Shown: positions 10,823 to 24,379 of the stretch, one piece after another
Layout of the letters: every line of letters begins with the position of its first letter
Position numbering within the stretch: the first letter of the stretch is position 1
NCBI RefSeq assembly: GCF_001194135.2
Contig: NC_068990.1
Span: 19,262,364-19,323,064 of the forward strand
Reading direction: 5' to 3'
Origin: Octopus bimaculoides
Lineage: Eukaryota
Length of the DNA: 60,701 nt
Program-made: the position numbers and the translations under genes
The notes under the pieces: model-generated
Databases searched by the model: none
What the model saw: the letters and a program-made list of their open reading frames with translations, nothing else
Told to the model about the DNA's origin: nothing

Positions 10823-11606
10823 ATATAATATATTTATATTATTGGCGAATGGTGTATTCATGTGTGTTAATTATAACGCATATATGTGTTTACATCTATT
10901 TGTACGTACAATGGTTATATAGTATCTAAAATTATCACTTATGCTAAAACTTTGCTCTGCCTGCTGATATGACCATGCTGGATATTCCATCCTTACATGT
11001 TGAGTAAATATTGACTGTGCCAAGAAATGAGATTTAGAACAAATTATAATTTTACTGGTGAATAGACATATCAAATAGCAAATAAATGGCGGCCTCGCTG
11101 AGAGCTTGCAAATTAATTCGTTTCTAGACGGATTGTATTTAAACAGCGTATGCGTAAAGTCATCTCAAAATATTCTGTCACAGTTTACGGATAGGTATCA
11201 TATTACAATACTGGTTGAATATTTTTAAACCTATTTTGTGTAACTCTAATAATTTGCTCGCTATTTTACGTGTATTCATCACATATATTCTCTCAGCGCG
11301 AAATGGTTTGTAGAGCATGAGGCCACAATAGACTAGACAGTCTAAACATCTACATAGGCAAAATGCCAAGTTTCGCTATGAAGACAATGGAAGTGACCTA
11401 AATATGGTTTAGCAACCTCATAATAGCTGGTGTTGTTTGGGTACAAGTATATGAAGACGAATTATAAAACTTCGTCTTCATTTTTTTATATTAAATTGTA
11501 CTGTAATGAAATTAGCATTGATTTTACTAGTGATATCGCCCATACCTTTTTTGAACAACTGGTAGGACCCATTACCATTTAGATGTACTATCTACTTGAA
11601 AATTAG

Positions 11607-11951
11607 GCGATTGTCTCTCTCTTGTTATCAATGTAGTAACGAATCACAAATACCTCTGTTTGACATTCTGTACACAATTGCATGAAAACCCATGCACTCT
11701 TTTTCGAGATTTTCTCGGTAAATATATAATTGCTTGACTTCAGGAACCTTGTACAGAATGTGAAATATTGTCAAAGCCCTTAAAATTGTTATGTAATCAA
11801 ACTGGAAAGATCTAATATGTTATCTGTAATTTAGTCGTTTTCATGACTTATATTAGGCATTTTAGAATTCGGTATCATTGATGAAGCGAGTGCGTTAGAC
11901 GTCAGAGTGTTGTCAATTGAAGAGAGAACAACATTTCGTTTCTCACTCTAA
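11607..11951 (+). CDS. candidate two-exon segment (11607-11717 and 11857-11951)
   Basis: ag/gt-bounded phase 1-1 exon DCLSLVINVVTNHKYLCLTFCTQLHENPCTLFRDFL followed by a phase-1 exon GILEFGIIDE..FSL*; acceptors are weak. Confidence 0.2.
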
Positions 11952-12249
11952 ATACACAACTACGCTTGGACGAAGTTGTATGAAATATATTGTATTCTCG
12001 TCAGAAAAGCAAAAGAATACACGCCATATACATTCAAATTAAAATGTCCGTTAATATATCTTAGAGAAACTGGGTAAAATATGAATGATTCCTTAATTTT
12101 CAGTCAGAAAATAATGAATGGAAAACAGATACACAAATGTTCTGGCCTACACTGCAGAAATAATCTGAAACTTTTGCATCTTCTATAAATTGTGATAACA
12201 ACAGTTTAACACACATACACACACATATATATATAGGATGTATGTGTGC

Positions 12250-12289
<40 letters not shown>

Positions 12290-13124
12290 TTGTAAACATG
12301 TCAGTGTGTATAAATGTGTTAGTAGAATAATGGTTGCCTATAAACAAAATAGCAGTTTTCAACAGACTAATGTCTGCAAATACATCTCTTTATACTTTAA
12401 CGAAACAAATATTGAAAGCTAAATTATTTCATCAAATGCATCGATTATATTTTCAAGTACGCCGCACATATATTAACATGGATATGTATTGGAGTTTGTG
12501 TGTGTGTGAACACATCTATGTGAATTTGGACATTTATATTATGTTGGTACATGTTTCATGCTTATGCGTATAAGTATATTTTACTTTAGAAGTTTTACAT
12601 TAAGAGTGTCTCCATCAAGGAGCCAGAAAAATAGTTTGTCGATAACCAGAAAACTAATGCAACATTTCAATTAAAGCATGTGCATTGACATATATTTGCA
12701 CATGTGTACTAAGTATCTTGTTATATATTTTCTCAAAACACATTCATATAATTCTTTATGCTGTTTTGGGAGATAACATAGGCCCATACGTAAAAGAATA
12801 AAAACAAAATAATCTAACATTACTTTATCAATAAAGCGAAGACATAACATCAGGAATATATAATCTCTCCTCCGCAAAACTAATTTCAATTTTACGCACT
12901 GTTTCTATGAAAAAGAAATTCTTCAAACTATTCCTTCTTCAAAATTCACTTTCGTTTAATAAATAGAGACATTGCACCAAGGATAGATAAATATATCTGT
13001 TCTGCCTACTCACAGACATTAAATTTTAAGACTAGTTTGTTTAAGATGAATGTATGCGATAAGATATACTTACTATCCGCACATTAACATGACGTTCAAA
13101 GGAATGCACTCCACTATATATATA

Positions 13125-13197
13125 CATACTCATAAAAAAGCACACACGCACACACATATATATAGAATATATATATATACATACACACACATACACG

Positions 13198-13243
<46 letters not shown>

Positions 13244-13282
13244 TACATACACACATACACACACACACATATATACGTATAT
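13125..13282. repeat. (CA)/(TA) microsatellite block
   Basis: directly visible. Confidence 0.9.
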
Positions 13283-14667
13283 ACGTTCCTCGTCGTAGGC
13301 GACTGTTTGTATATTTATAGTATTGACTCTACATTTATGCCATTATTTTCTTAATGATCTGTCATTACACATTCTAATGTTCCCATATCCTTAAATATAT
13401 ATACATACACAGTTAACAGTATTCAATGGTATAAATGCGAAAACACTAACTGAAATACATCGAACTATTCTGTAACAAAACAGAAAAAAATCTTCCATTT
13501 TAGATGGCACATGAAAATATTGCTGAAGTGAAAATATGAATTCACATATCATCGTTTCCCTTCGATGCTGAGCTGTAACGTCATCTTCGTAGCACTCTCT
13601 ACATGACACAGATTTTGTATTGTTTTATGGTCTAATGGAATCATGAAGATGTGTATATTTCTTTGTGATCCAATCCCGACCACGCATCGCCTTATGGTAT
13701 ATCTTTGGTTCTCACTTGCCTAGATTGGGCTACGAAGCCCAATTCCCTCTGTCTCTGATTCTAGCCCCTGTATTTCTTTTTTTTATTTAGTATTTATTCA
13801 TTTGTCTTGCCCTTTTACAGTCTGTTGTGTCGCAAAATTTTTACTGAGAACATATTTTTCGTGGTTAGATGATTCGGTATCTATTTCTAGCATATAGGAA
13901 TCCACTTTTGCTGGTCATTCCTCTTATTTTTGTATATATATATGTGTGAGTATTTGTTGTTTCACAAGTTGGTTCTGATGTAGCGAATCTGCTACGTTCA
14001 ATGATACTCCCTTTCGCCCAGTTTGACTGATCACATGCACCACTTTATCGTTAGCTTTAATTTTCTTGTTATTTGACATTGCTGGAAATAATTTCTTCTG
14101 ATTACATTAAAAAACAATTACTTTATACGTCAAACTTTAGTTGCAGTAAGTTTTGGAGCGAATTCAAATGTGTTATTGCTAGGCCTATCGCAGCAACCAG
14201 ATCGTGATCTTTACCTCGTAGACAACATTAATAGCTAATACATATAAATTGAACTAACACATTTAACAGGTAAGACACGTAATCCTATTGATTTTGAAAT
14301 AGGCATACTACCTGATAATTTGAGAAGGGATTTAGTTGTTTTATACTTACGCCAGGACTCATTTAGTTAAAGATGGACTGAGGAAAATGAGTGTTAAGAA
14401 TGGTCGGATTTCATTTCAGTACTTAAACATAGTAACGCATTTTCTTCGCAGGTATATGAAATCAGAGTATTCCCCACACAGCCAATTACTCAAAGTTTAT
14501 ATATTAACCATAAGGACATGAGCAAACATTTTTTCAGAGGATTAAATTTGCTATTATACTGAAGTATTTAATGAGGAGTTAGTTTAATAATGGTGCCGTG
14601 ATATTAACTCATCACAGAAGCGACGTAACGCGATTGACAGTTATATGTATATATGTATGTATGTATA

Positions 14668-14835
14668 TGGCTCAGTTGTTAAGGTGTTGCTCTCACGATT
14701 GCGAGATTGTGGGTTCGATTCCCAGACCGAGCGTTGCGTTGATCTATTGTACAAGGCACCTCATTCCACGTTGCCCTACGATCATTTCGTCATGTGACAT
14801 CTGGCATCTGTTGTGCATGTACAGGTAATGTCGAT
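14668..14835 (+). mobile_element. tRNA-headed SINE 5' part, cut by the foldback element
   Basis: A box tggctcagttgtt, B box ggttcgattcc; ttcgattcccagaccg shared with 42905-43286. Confidence 0.75.
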
Positions 14836-15392
14836 AAATGTTTGTCAACGACCGTTTGGCAGAAGTGAAATAACATTGGTATGGATAATCAAATATATAT
14901 ACAGGAAGTTAGCATAGTACGAAACAGGTAACCTCGTTCACTTCCTGTTAACGGGAAATGCAGGTAATCTCGTACTTCCTGTTAAAAAGGGGAGTAGGGT
15001 TTTGGCGCGGATAGTACGAAAAACGAGAAACAAATTATAATGTAAGAAAAAGGGGTAAACTTCTGATCGCAACAACAAAGTGTTCAAACAGGGAAGTAAA
15101 TGTTCATAGATGGAGATTATGTCCAGTCTCCATTGTTTCAAGGTAGGTGGTGAACGGTCCGACCCGTATGCAGCTCCGTCTCTCGTTTTTCGTACTATCC
15201 GCACCAAAACCCCAGCGCTGTCTTACCCCACTCCCCTTTTTAACAGGAAGTACGAGATTACCTGCCTTGCTCGTTAACAGGAAGTGAACGAGGTTACCTG
15301 TCTCGTACTATGCTAACTTCCTGGATGTATATTTGCTTATCCATACCAACGTTATTTCACTTCTGCCCATCGGTCGTTGACAAACGTTTATC
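14833..15392. mobile_element. foldback / MITE-like element with ~200-bp inverted arms
   Basis: 14833-15031 is the reverse complement of 15178-15392 with few mismatches and one ~18-bp indel; spacer ~146 bp. Confidence 0.8.
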
Positions 15393-15444
15393 TCGCCACC
15401 TTCGGAAAATATAGGGTAAGTTCTCACCCTTCATTATATTATAG

Positions 15445-15450
15445 GTATAC

Positions 15451-15537
<87 letters not shown>

Positions 15538-15545
15538 TGTGTGTA
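15445..15545. repeat. (TA)n(GA)n microsatellite
   Basis: directly visible. Confidence 0.95.
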
Positions 15546-17204
15546 TATATATGACGTATATTGTGACTTACTTTATGCTTAATAAAGTGACTTCCTTTAG
15601 TGTTACAAGTTTGAAAAGAATTCCTGTATAGTTAAACATATATTGCCTGCACTGAAGAATTGAAGCAAGTTGTATCACATAGCTAAATTTATATAAATGT
15701 ATCTCTCACATTTGGTTTAATAATCAAATTTATGCATCGTGTCAGCAAGAAACTTATGATTTATGGATTTCTAAATGAACAGCGGGTATGTTTTTGCTGT
15801 CGTAGTTGTTGTAGTAGTAGTAGTAGTAGTAATTCTAATTTTCTATAGGGTTACTTTCTCTAACCTAGGGTCGATTAGATAAGTGTCCCTCAATAACTGA
15901 CACAGAATCAATCGACTACAAAAGTGATATGTGCTAATGTTTTAAAAAGCTATATGAAATGTGTGAAATTCTAAATGTAATATCGCATAAGAAAGTATTT
16001 GCGTGCTCAAGAACTTGAAATAATTCACTGTAGTTCTTCAGATGAATGTACATGTCAGAAATGATTATCAATCCGTTATTTAAAGGCAAGTACGATATCT
16101 TCTTAAGGTCAGTCGGCAGTAGTTTCATGCAATTACAGTACCTTTTCCTATGTATTTCAGTCATTGCGGGCACAAAGCACATTTAATTTTCGGAAAAGTC
16201 TGAAGTCGTTAAGATTACAACGTAGCAAATAGCATACTTTAATCTTTTAGACGGACATTCTAACAACGTCAGTAATCTTCACTGCACTTATTTTCTTAAT
16301 GATACGTTGGCCTGTTTGCCACGGTGATTCATTAGCTAAAATAATTTTGCAGTGTAAAGTTCCAATCATTATGCTTCACAATTGTTACTGTCTAAATAAC
16401 AAATTGTTCTCTTATATACAAGTATTTCATTGACGGCAAAGAGTAATAATACTATGGAACTAATTAAAGAATCAAAGAAAATTGAACAGAGATCGAAATT
16501 TCAAAGATAATTTAGATTAAAGCTTCAAAAATGATAGGCAGTCTGTGGCGGTGTTGGGTGTTGTCATAATTCAGCGTTAAATCATTGTATTTATTTAACT
16601 GCCGGAAAAACTAACCACCTTTGTAACTTCTATGTTATGCATCATTAAATGAATTTCAGTATCCGTGTCTTGAACATTTTACTAAATACCATCTTTTTAT
16701 ATCATTTATCATTTGTGTGAGAAACGGTGACTTGTTAATGATGATGTCAGCTATAGCAGCAAAGACGTAAAAAATATTTTTTCTTTATTTAATCAACTAC
16801 CTTCAAAGATGAAATAGAAAGATTTCACTTGACATTACCCCTAACTCTTCTACACATTTAATAGTTGTACTAAACCATTCATTATGCTGCTTATTACCGC
16901 TAATCTTATCAGTATACCACGCCTGTTTAGTCATCTTTCACAATGAAATTTGTGTGAAATTTCACTGACTTTAATGTTTCGTTAACCTTCAATTTTAACT
17001 GAATTACAAGAGCTGTATATCTTGCATATTGTGAGATCTAGTCATCCTGGAAAGAAGGAGCACGCCAAGTTAAAATGAGAAATGGAAGCAGAAGGAATTG
17101 TCCGGGATAGAACTGGAGAGCTTACTGGATGTAAAAGAAGAATACTAGAAGATCCCGTTGATGGATATAAAGTTCATAGATTTTCTTTTACATATCTAGT
17201 CACT

Positions 17205-17305
17205 TGTCATCGTGATCATCATCGTCATCATTATACTCCTCCCCTTCATCCTCCTCCCCTTCATCCTCCTCCCCTTCATCCGCCTCCCCTTCATCTTCAC
17301 CATCA
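17205..17305. repeat. 15-bp minisatellite (cctccccttcatcct) in a CAT/CCT low-complexity tract
   Basis: about four visible units. Confidence 0.85.
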
Positions 17306-18057
17306 TTGGTTCCTTTTTGTCTTCCTTTGTTTACGGAGTATGTGTGTGATTTCTATAACCCAGTCCCTTTTCTCATCCGATAGCGGGCTACAACCAGTAT
17401 CCTTATTCACAAAGCAGGCTCCTCCACGCCTTGTCCATTTGTTTTAGTCAATCTAATAATGGAGTCTCCTTCGTAATAGTTTAACTGTTCCTAATAAGCA
17501 CACTGTGTCTAATAGCTCTGTATCACAATCGACTACGATAGTCTGTAATCATTTTACAACATTGTTCTTCATTATCTCTAATACATCTCCGATTACTGAT
17601 GTGATAGTTATCTCCTGCATTTTCTACATCCTAAAGTTTAAAGCATCTTTTCATTCAGCGTTCAAAGCCGCGAGGTAAGCTTTGCCTTTCGACTTTGCAA
17701 GTGTTGGTGGTTGAGGAAATACCAACACAACTATGTAACAGTTAAATATTAGATTGATTTAAAAGACAATAAATATATCCCGAAGGATATTAGGTCAAAT
17801 TTCAGAGTCTTTATTTCTAACAGTGTTTGAAGGCATGATTAACATAACGTGAACAGGAAAATGTCGTATCACTTGTTTCTACCATTCCAATTGTGCAGAT
17901 ATTTTGCAATATAATTCAATACATCATGCGAGATGAACTTTTTACAATTTATTTCTCTACACACTAAGTATTTTATGGTAGTTGCTATATTTTCAATGAC
18001 CTAATATAAAGATGTTTTGACTTAATCAACATCATATATTCAAAAGTTTCATATATA

Positions 18058-18135
18058 GGCGCAGGCGTGTGGTAAGAAGTTTAATTTCAAGCCACATGGT
18101 TCGGGTTCACTTCCACTGGTAGATTGAGCAAGTCT
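18058..18135 (+). mobile_element. SINE family 2 head fragment
   Basis: ggcgcaggcgtgtggtaagaag...ccacatggttcgggttca. Confidence 0.65.
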
Positions 18136-19188
18136 CATCTATCTATCCATCCATCCATCCATCCATCCATCTCCTTTAAACCGTCAGAATTTAAAACTTT
18201 GTAATCTTAAACTTTGAAATGCTAAAGCTTCATGATTCTGAAGAACTAAATAAAAAAAGCTTCCGAAATTCGTGGAAAGTTTTTGGAATTTTTGAAACAT
18301 TTTATTATTTTCTGCATTGTCCTGAAGCTTCTTCTTCGAGTGTTTTGAGGTTTATGTAACCTATTATAAACACTTACCCTTTCACAGTGTTTCAACTTTT
18401 TTATTTTTTTCGTCATTATTTTCTCAGTTTTTAATTTTTCATATTCTCCTATTATGTTCATAAATATGTTCGACTTCTCTTAATTTCTCTTAACTTAGCT
18501 TAGTGTCCCCTGATCTTTGTCTGAGAAAATACTTCACTCTCCTCTATCATCTTCCCAAGCTCTCCTACTAACTGCGTTACCCTTTTGTCTTTTTGTACTA
18601 GTGCGTATGTGTCTCATTTTAATAAGATAAATAAGGCAAGAACACTATAAGCAATAGAAATATCCTTGACAGCAAATAAAAGCAGACTTGATAAATAATT
18701 TTCTCTAATGAGTTCCCTTGAGTTTCGGCTTATTCATTTCATTCGGAGTTTTATAAATTTCAAAACATATATTTTACACACAGGTTTATTTATTTGTTTA
18801 TTTATTTAATAAGTGGTATAGATTATACATGTGTGGAATCTGTAATTCTTCACAAGCGTACACCATTGTGAATCCCAGGAGATACGCGAAATATGTTCTT
18901 AGATTACTTTAAGTCGTTCACAAGAGGTTTTTAACAGCAATCATTAGATGGAACGATGTGATAGAATGGAAAAAAGTATTTTCAACTAAAGGCAATGTTT
19001 GCCAATTCCACGTACTTATGCCAGTTAGTATCCAGATTACTTCACGATTAACTTTTTTATTGTTACTACAAATAACTGATAATATTTAGACAAAATGCCA
19101 GAACAAGTGCTCTATGTTTTACCATTCAGTTCATTATTCATTACTCTTGCAAAAGCTCTGCACTGCTAACAATATTTTGCTGCGCAAT

Positions 19189-19229
<41 letters not shown>

Positions 19230-19269
19230 GACACATATTTATGATCATATGAACACAAATATGTGTTGG

Positions 19270-19307
<38 letters not shown>

Positions 19308-19328
19308 TATAAGGGTAAAACATATATA

Positions 19329-19550
19329 TAGTTTCGGTGTTATTTTTATACGGCGCTGTGTTTGACAATCCTATAAATAATAATAATTGTATTTTTATAT
19401 ATGTTTATGGCGATCGCCATGCAATGATTAAGGAAAATACCCTAATAAAGCCCTAAACAGAAAAAAAAGAAGGCTTTCCTATTCGGGTGGGACTCGATCC
19501 CACATCCTTTCTTAACGCGACTAAGTGAGTCACCTTTACACTAGCGGACC
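19329..19550 (-). mobile_element. tRNA-headed SINE-like element; body duplicated at 19625-19739
   Basis: minus strand tagtgtaaagg (A box) and ggatcgagtcc (B box); body repeated about 295 bp away. Confidence 0.5.
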
Positions 19551-21284
19551 AGCATTCTTATTTCTGTCAAATTTAAGAAATATATTAGTTCGTATTTGTT
19601 TTATGTACACAAACTTTCTAGATGCTTTCGGTGCGAATTATTTTTTATACGAAGCCGTGTTTTACAATCCGTGCAATGACTAAGGAAAATAGCCTAATAA
19701 AGGAGTATATAAGCCCTCGACAGAAAAAAAGAAGGCTTTGTCTCTCTTTAACTGTTTATCCGTCCATTATATTAGAAGATTTGGAGGTGATGAACAGGAA
19801 TTATATATTAGAAAAAATAATAAGGTACTCAGATATCTGGATGGTTGTACATTTACAGATTTTTATTAATATGTGACATGTTTTTATAAATTAGCGCTTG
19901 CATATATTCTTGTAGAATCTGCAGATTTCATTTTTCTTTACAGGATTTGGCTCTTTTTATAGTATTTTGAATGTGTAGGGGTATATATATAAACGGTCCT
20001 TAAATAGTCGTCAGTATAATCGATACGAAATAGAAAATCGGCAAGCTTTGTGTGTAACCACTTGAATAGCTATTAGTTATGTCTACTTTGCGTTAATTCT
20101 CTTTTTCTATGATATTGTACTAAGAAAATTTACTGCTGAAGTTGCACACGGGTTTACTAAAATTCTTAGCATTATTTACATAATGTTTGTGCTTATTTTA
20201 TTGAGCAATTGCACACACAGCTGCATTTCTATTATATGTGCAAGTATGAATGCGCATACATGTATGATGTTGCATTATACCTGAAAATGAGGAACATATA
20301 ATTATGAGAATTCCAACACGTTTCGAGTATCAAAGAAATAATCGAAGAAAACATAACATAAGCACTAGTTTTATAGCATATTAATTTCTATTAAATGAGA
20401 GTTAATTATCTGCTTGTGATATTATTAACAAGCCAAAAATTGCTTGCTGCGTTATGCGAATTTAGATTATATATTAGGTAGGTGTATATGTAATAATTTC
20501 TTCCAAATATTATTTTATTCGCTTTTATTCAGATTATTTCCTGATGTGGATATACCGTCCACAAATACACCATATCATTTTAACAAAAAAAATATAGCCT
20601 CCCTCTTTAAAATATCGCATCGATCTTATATTTCTATGAAACTATTTCTACGCCAAAAATACGTATAACTCTTGAAGGTAAATAAATTGAACGAGTGAAT
20701 AAGTATCAACCTTTAACAAATATGTACTGGTGGTGAATAGATCGGCTGACGTCTTCAAGGTGGTGGCCCCAAATGGCCGCAGTCTAATGAGAAAACAATG
20801 AGATAAGTGCTAATATATGTATATATATATATGATGGTGACGGTGAGGATGATGGCTATGGACCCTTCCGTTGAAGACGACGTACGAACATTCAGCTTTT
20901 GCCGAACGACCTGCACAAATGATTGGTTTATAGTGATCAAAATTTCGTACCGCACATTAGTTCATTCTCTCCATCAAATCGATGATTATGTAAACAGATG
21001 TTCAATGTACCACGCATCAGGTGTGGGAATGACCGCACAACAACCTGAGATACGGTATATAAGTAAATTCAACATATATGTATGTCTGCTAAGTTAGTTT
21101 AAATACATTATAACATACACCGATAGTATATAAAGGCATTGTTTGCCGAGGATTGGTCAAGTGAAGTAAACACAACTGACGAGATCACAATAAGAGTTGA
21201 AAATTGATTAAAGGTCTTCAACATTTCTTCAATATACGGACAAAATGGTAATTTCCCACGCCAATAGGTCAACTTCTTAGGTTT

Positions 21285-21335
21285 ACACACACACACATAC
21301 ACACGCACACACACACACGCACACGCACACACAAG

Positions 21336-21399
<64 letters not shown>

Positions 21400-21993
21400 A
21401 GTAAAAATAAATACAAAAAAGGTGGGTTTTTTTGTATGATTGTGTATAGAGGAATATATTATTTTGTTTAAAAGAGTTCCAACACTGTCTGTTTTTTTAA
21501 TGTNNNNNNNNNNNNNNNNNNNNNNNNNNNNNNNNNNNNNNNNNNNNNNNNNNNNNNNNNNNNNNNNNNNNNNNNNNNNNNNNNNNNNNNNNNNNNNNNN
21601 NNNNNNNNNNNNNNNNNNNNNNNNNNNNNNNNNNNNNNNNNNNNNNNNNNNNNNNNNNNNNNNNNNNNNNNNNNNNNNNNNNNNNNNNNNNNNNNNNNNN
21701 NNNNNNNNNNNNNNNNNNNNNNNNNNNNNNNNNNNNNNNNNNNNNNNNNNNNNNNNNNNNNNNNNNNNNNNNNNNNNNNNNNNNNNNNNNNNNNNNNNNN
21801 NNNNNNNNNNNNNNNNNNNNNNNNNNNNNNNNNNNNNNNNNNNNNNNNNNNNNNNNNNNNNNNNNNNNNNNNNNNNNNNNNNNNNNNNNNNNNNNNNNNN
21901 NNNNNNNNNNNNNNNNNNNNNNNNNNNNNNNNNNNNNNNNNNNNNNNNNNNNNNNNNNNNNNNNNNNNNNNNNNNNNNNNNNNNNNNNNNNNN

Positions 21994-22039
<46 letters not shown>

Positions 22040-22050
22040 TACATACATGG
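21285..22050. repeat. (CA)/(TA) microsatellites and assembly gap 21504-21993
   Basis: directly visible. Confidence 0.95.
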
Positions 22051-22109
22051 TGGTTGTGTTCTCCTTATGCAGAGTTTGACCACCTCTTGTACCTACACTT
22101 TAAATCCAT

Positions 22110-22690
22110 CATGACATTAGATGTGGCTTTTTAAACCAAATAATGTAGTGAAAATTCACCCACATAAAATGCATATCCGATTTGGTCAACCAAGAGCTGC
22201 AGTTAAGTTCTGGTCTTTGTGGATCTTAAAATGTCTTTTGAGGCCTCAGTTAGATTTGTAGATCTTATGGCATACATGGCATTCAAAGGTGACTACTGAT
22301 ATATAGGTAGAATAGTTAGTGGCGGTTTGGTTTTTATGGGTTCGCAAATGAAATTTGAGCCCAGCAAAAGAAAGGCACGATCTGTCACGAACTGTGCACA
22401 CAGAAAGGTCATTGTGATTCACCTTCACGATGGTAATACTGTTCTTTAAATTTCTCTTGAATCTTGCATACGTTATACTGGCTTCTTCAAACGCTTTCAC
22501 TCCACTTCACTCTTTGGTTCACCATCCATGTTCGACCCGAAGCAAGGGTTCCTATGTCCTATGGGTCCATTCCAAGTGACTTCATGGTAGTCTTTATGCC
22601 GTCCATAAACCTCCTTTTAGGATTAAATCGATAGCATTTTCCTGCTGCAAGCTCACAAATAAAACACCTGTTTGGGCGTCCGTTTCCACC
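22110..22690 (-). mobile_element. RTE-clade LINE 3' end (decayed ORF C-terminus with C2H2-like fingers)
   Basis: GRPNRCFICELAAGK..PKRRFMDGIKTTMKSLGMDP, then VKAFEE, CTVRDRSCLSFAGLKFHLRTH and FECHVCHKIYKSN*GLKRHFKIH. Confidence 0.8.
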
Positions 22691-23139
22691 ATTCGCATAT
22701 GGCCAGAACATCTCATTTATACGAAAAATGAGGTCAGAGACAGTTACACGTTCAAGACCCACAACTATGCGTACAAATACATACACACTCATTTATATAT
22801 ATATATCGTATATGTGTGCTGTATACACCTCGCTATATATATGTATACATACGCACACACACGCACACGCACAGTCATATATATGTATACATACATACAT
22901 ATACCCACACATAAACGCATACACAAATATACGATTGGGCGCATAGTTGTGGTTTGTGAAAGTATAACTGTCTCTGACCTCTTTCTTCCAAATGAGAACA
23001 CATTTGCATATGATACTTCCAATTAGGGTCGAACTCGGGACCACGAAACTGCGGAGAAAAATATTTTTCTTAACCACAAAACTGTCGATAGATGCAGAAA
23101 GTTGCTTTAGTGTACAACTCAGTTGTTGCTGTGTTTGCC

Positions 23140-23900
23140 AAGAAAACTATGATTCCGAGTGAAATGTATCAAATGATGCAGTAACCATTGAGATGTCTAC
23201 TCCAAACTGCATTCTTTACAAGTTTGGGGAACATGTTTCTCGCCGCTCTCCCTTACTTATATCTTACAGATGTATATCAGGCTTGTTACGCTACCTGTTA
23301 TTTTCAATCTTCTCTATTACCTTTATACTACATTGCTCAGAATCGCTTTCTACTTTACAGACCTAGTTTCTTTAATATGATTATTTTTTTTCTGTTTCTT
23401 CTTACTTTTTGCTTTAGCTATTTATCGCAGCAGACATTTTTATATTGTCATCCTTACTTTATTTTACTACTTCTTCACCTGCTACATCCTCTTTCTCATA
23501 CATATGTATACTTTCTCTTCTTTAATACTTTCATCTATCTTTTTACTCTTCCACTCATATTTCTTCCCGTTTTACATGCAATTTACTTCTGTTCATTCCT
23601 CCCCTTCGTTTACTAATATTTCTGTTTACACCTAACTAAATTTATCTGTTATGCCCAGACCATTCTATAATCTCATACCGGCATATCTACACTTGCTAGC
23701 CATCATTAATTCTTCAACAATCATCTCATATATCAAGACATCGATTTCCATTATCGCGTCTATTGCCAAGTTTTCCTTCAGCCTCCTGCCATTTGTCCTG
23801 TGAGTTATAATTCCTTTCCCCCATGCAGTTAACAGCATCTTCTATTATTCCTCTGCTGGTTGCGATACACCACGTTCAATTTAGCAACCGCGAAACCATT
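23140..23900. repeat. pyrimidine-skewed unclassified block, possibly retroelement-derived
   Basis: strand skew similar to the Penelope-like block at 37450-38130; no protein motif recognised. Confidence 0.25.
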
Positions 23901-24379
23901 TGCGTCTCAAATCAGCTCTACTGTTTAATTTATCGGTGATGGGAACGTTATTTGTGGCAACTGGCAAACCACTGACGTGTTTTCACATAAAGGTAGGTCA
24001 CGACATTTTAAACTTCACTCTTTATTTGTTGTATATACTTTTCTTCCCCTAGAGCGTATATATATAACTCTATTAAAAGAGAGAAAGAGAAAGACAGGCA
24101 GGTTTAGAGAGGGGATGTCTTTTTGTTTTGTTTATATATACTTATTTTGTGTTTATTGTCTCTTGTTAAATAAATAGGCGAAAACAAATTTATTCAACAT
24201 TTAAAAGACATGCAAACACAAATGCTGCCAAGCATTTTACAATGTTTACACCCATAAAATAAGCATGATATTATCATCAATGCGATTATATTTCTTTCAA
24301 ACATTTCAACACAATCTGCAGTAACACATTGAAACTAACACATGCAATTCCTCAAAGTAGTCGCATTTGTAATCACGGG

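Noticed and set aside
11451-11487. Rho-independent terminator call
   Set aside because: Sequence is eukaryotic with no bacterial gene context
22246-22500. Host C2H2 zinc-finger gene
   Set aside because: Fingers are contiguous with RTE C-terminal motifs, so part of a LINE
23850-23910. Hammerhead-like ctgctggttgc..gcaaccgcgaaa
   Set aside because: CUGANGA box broken, stem II out of register, no stem I
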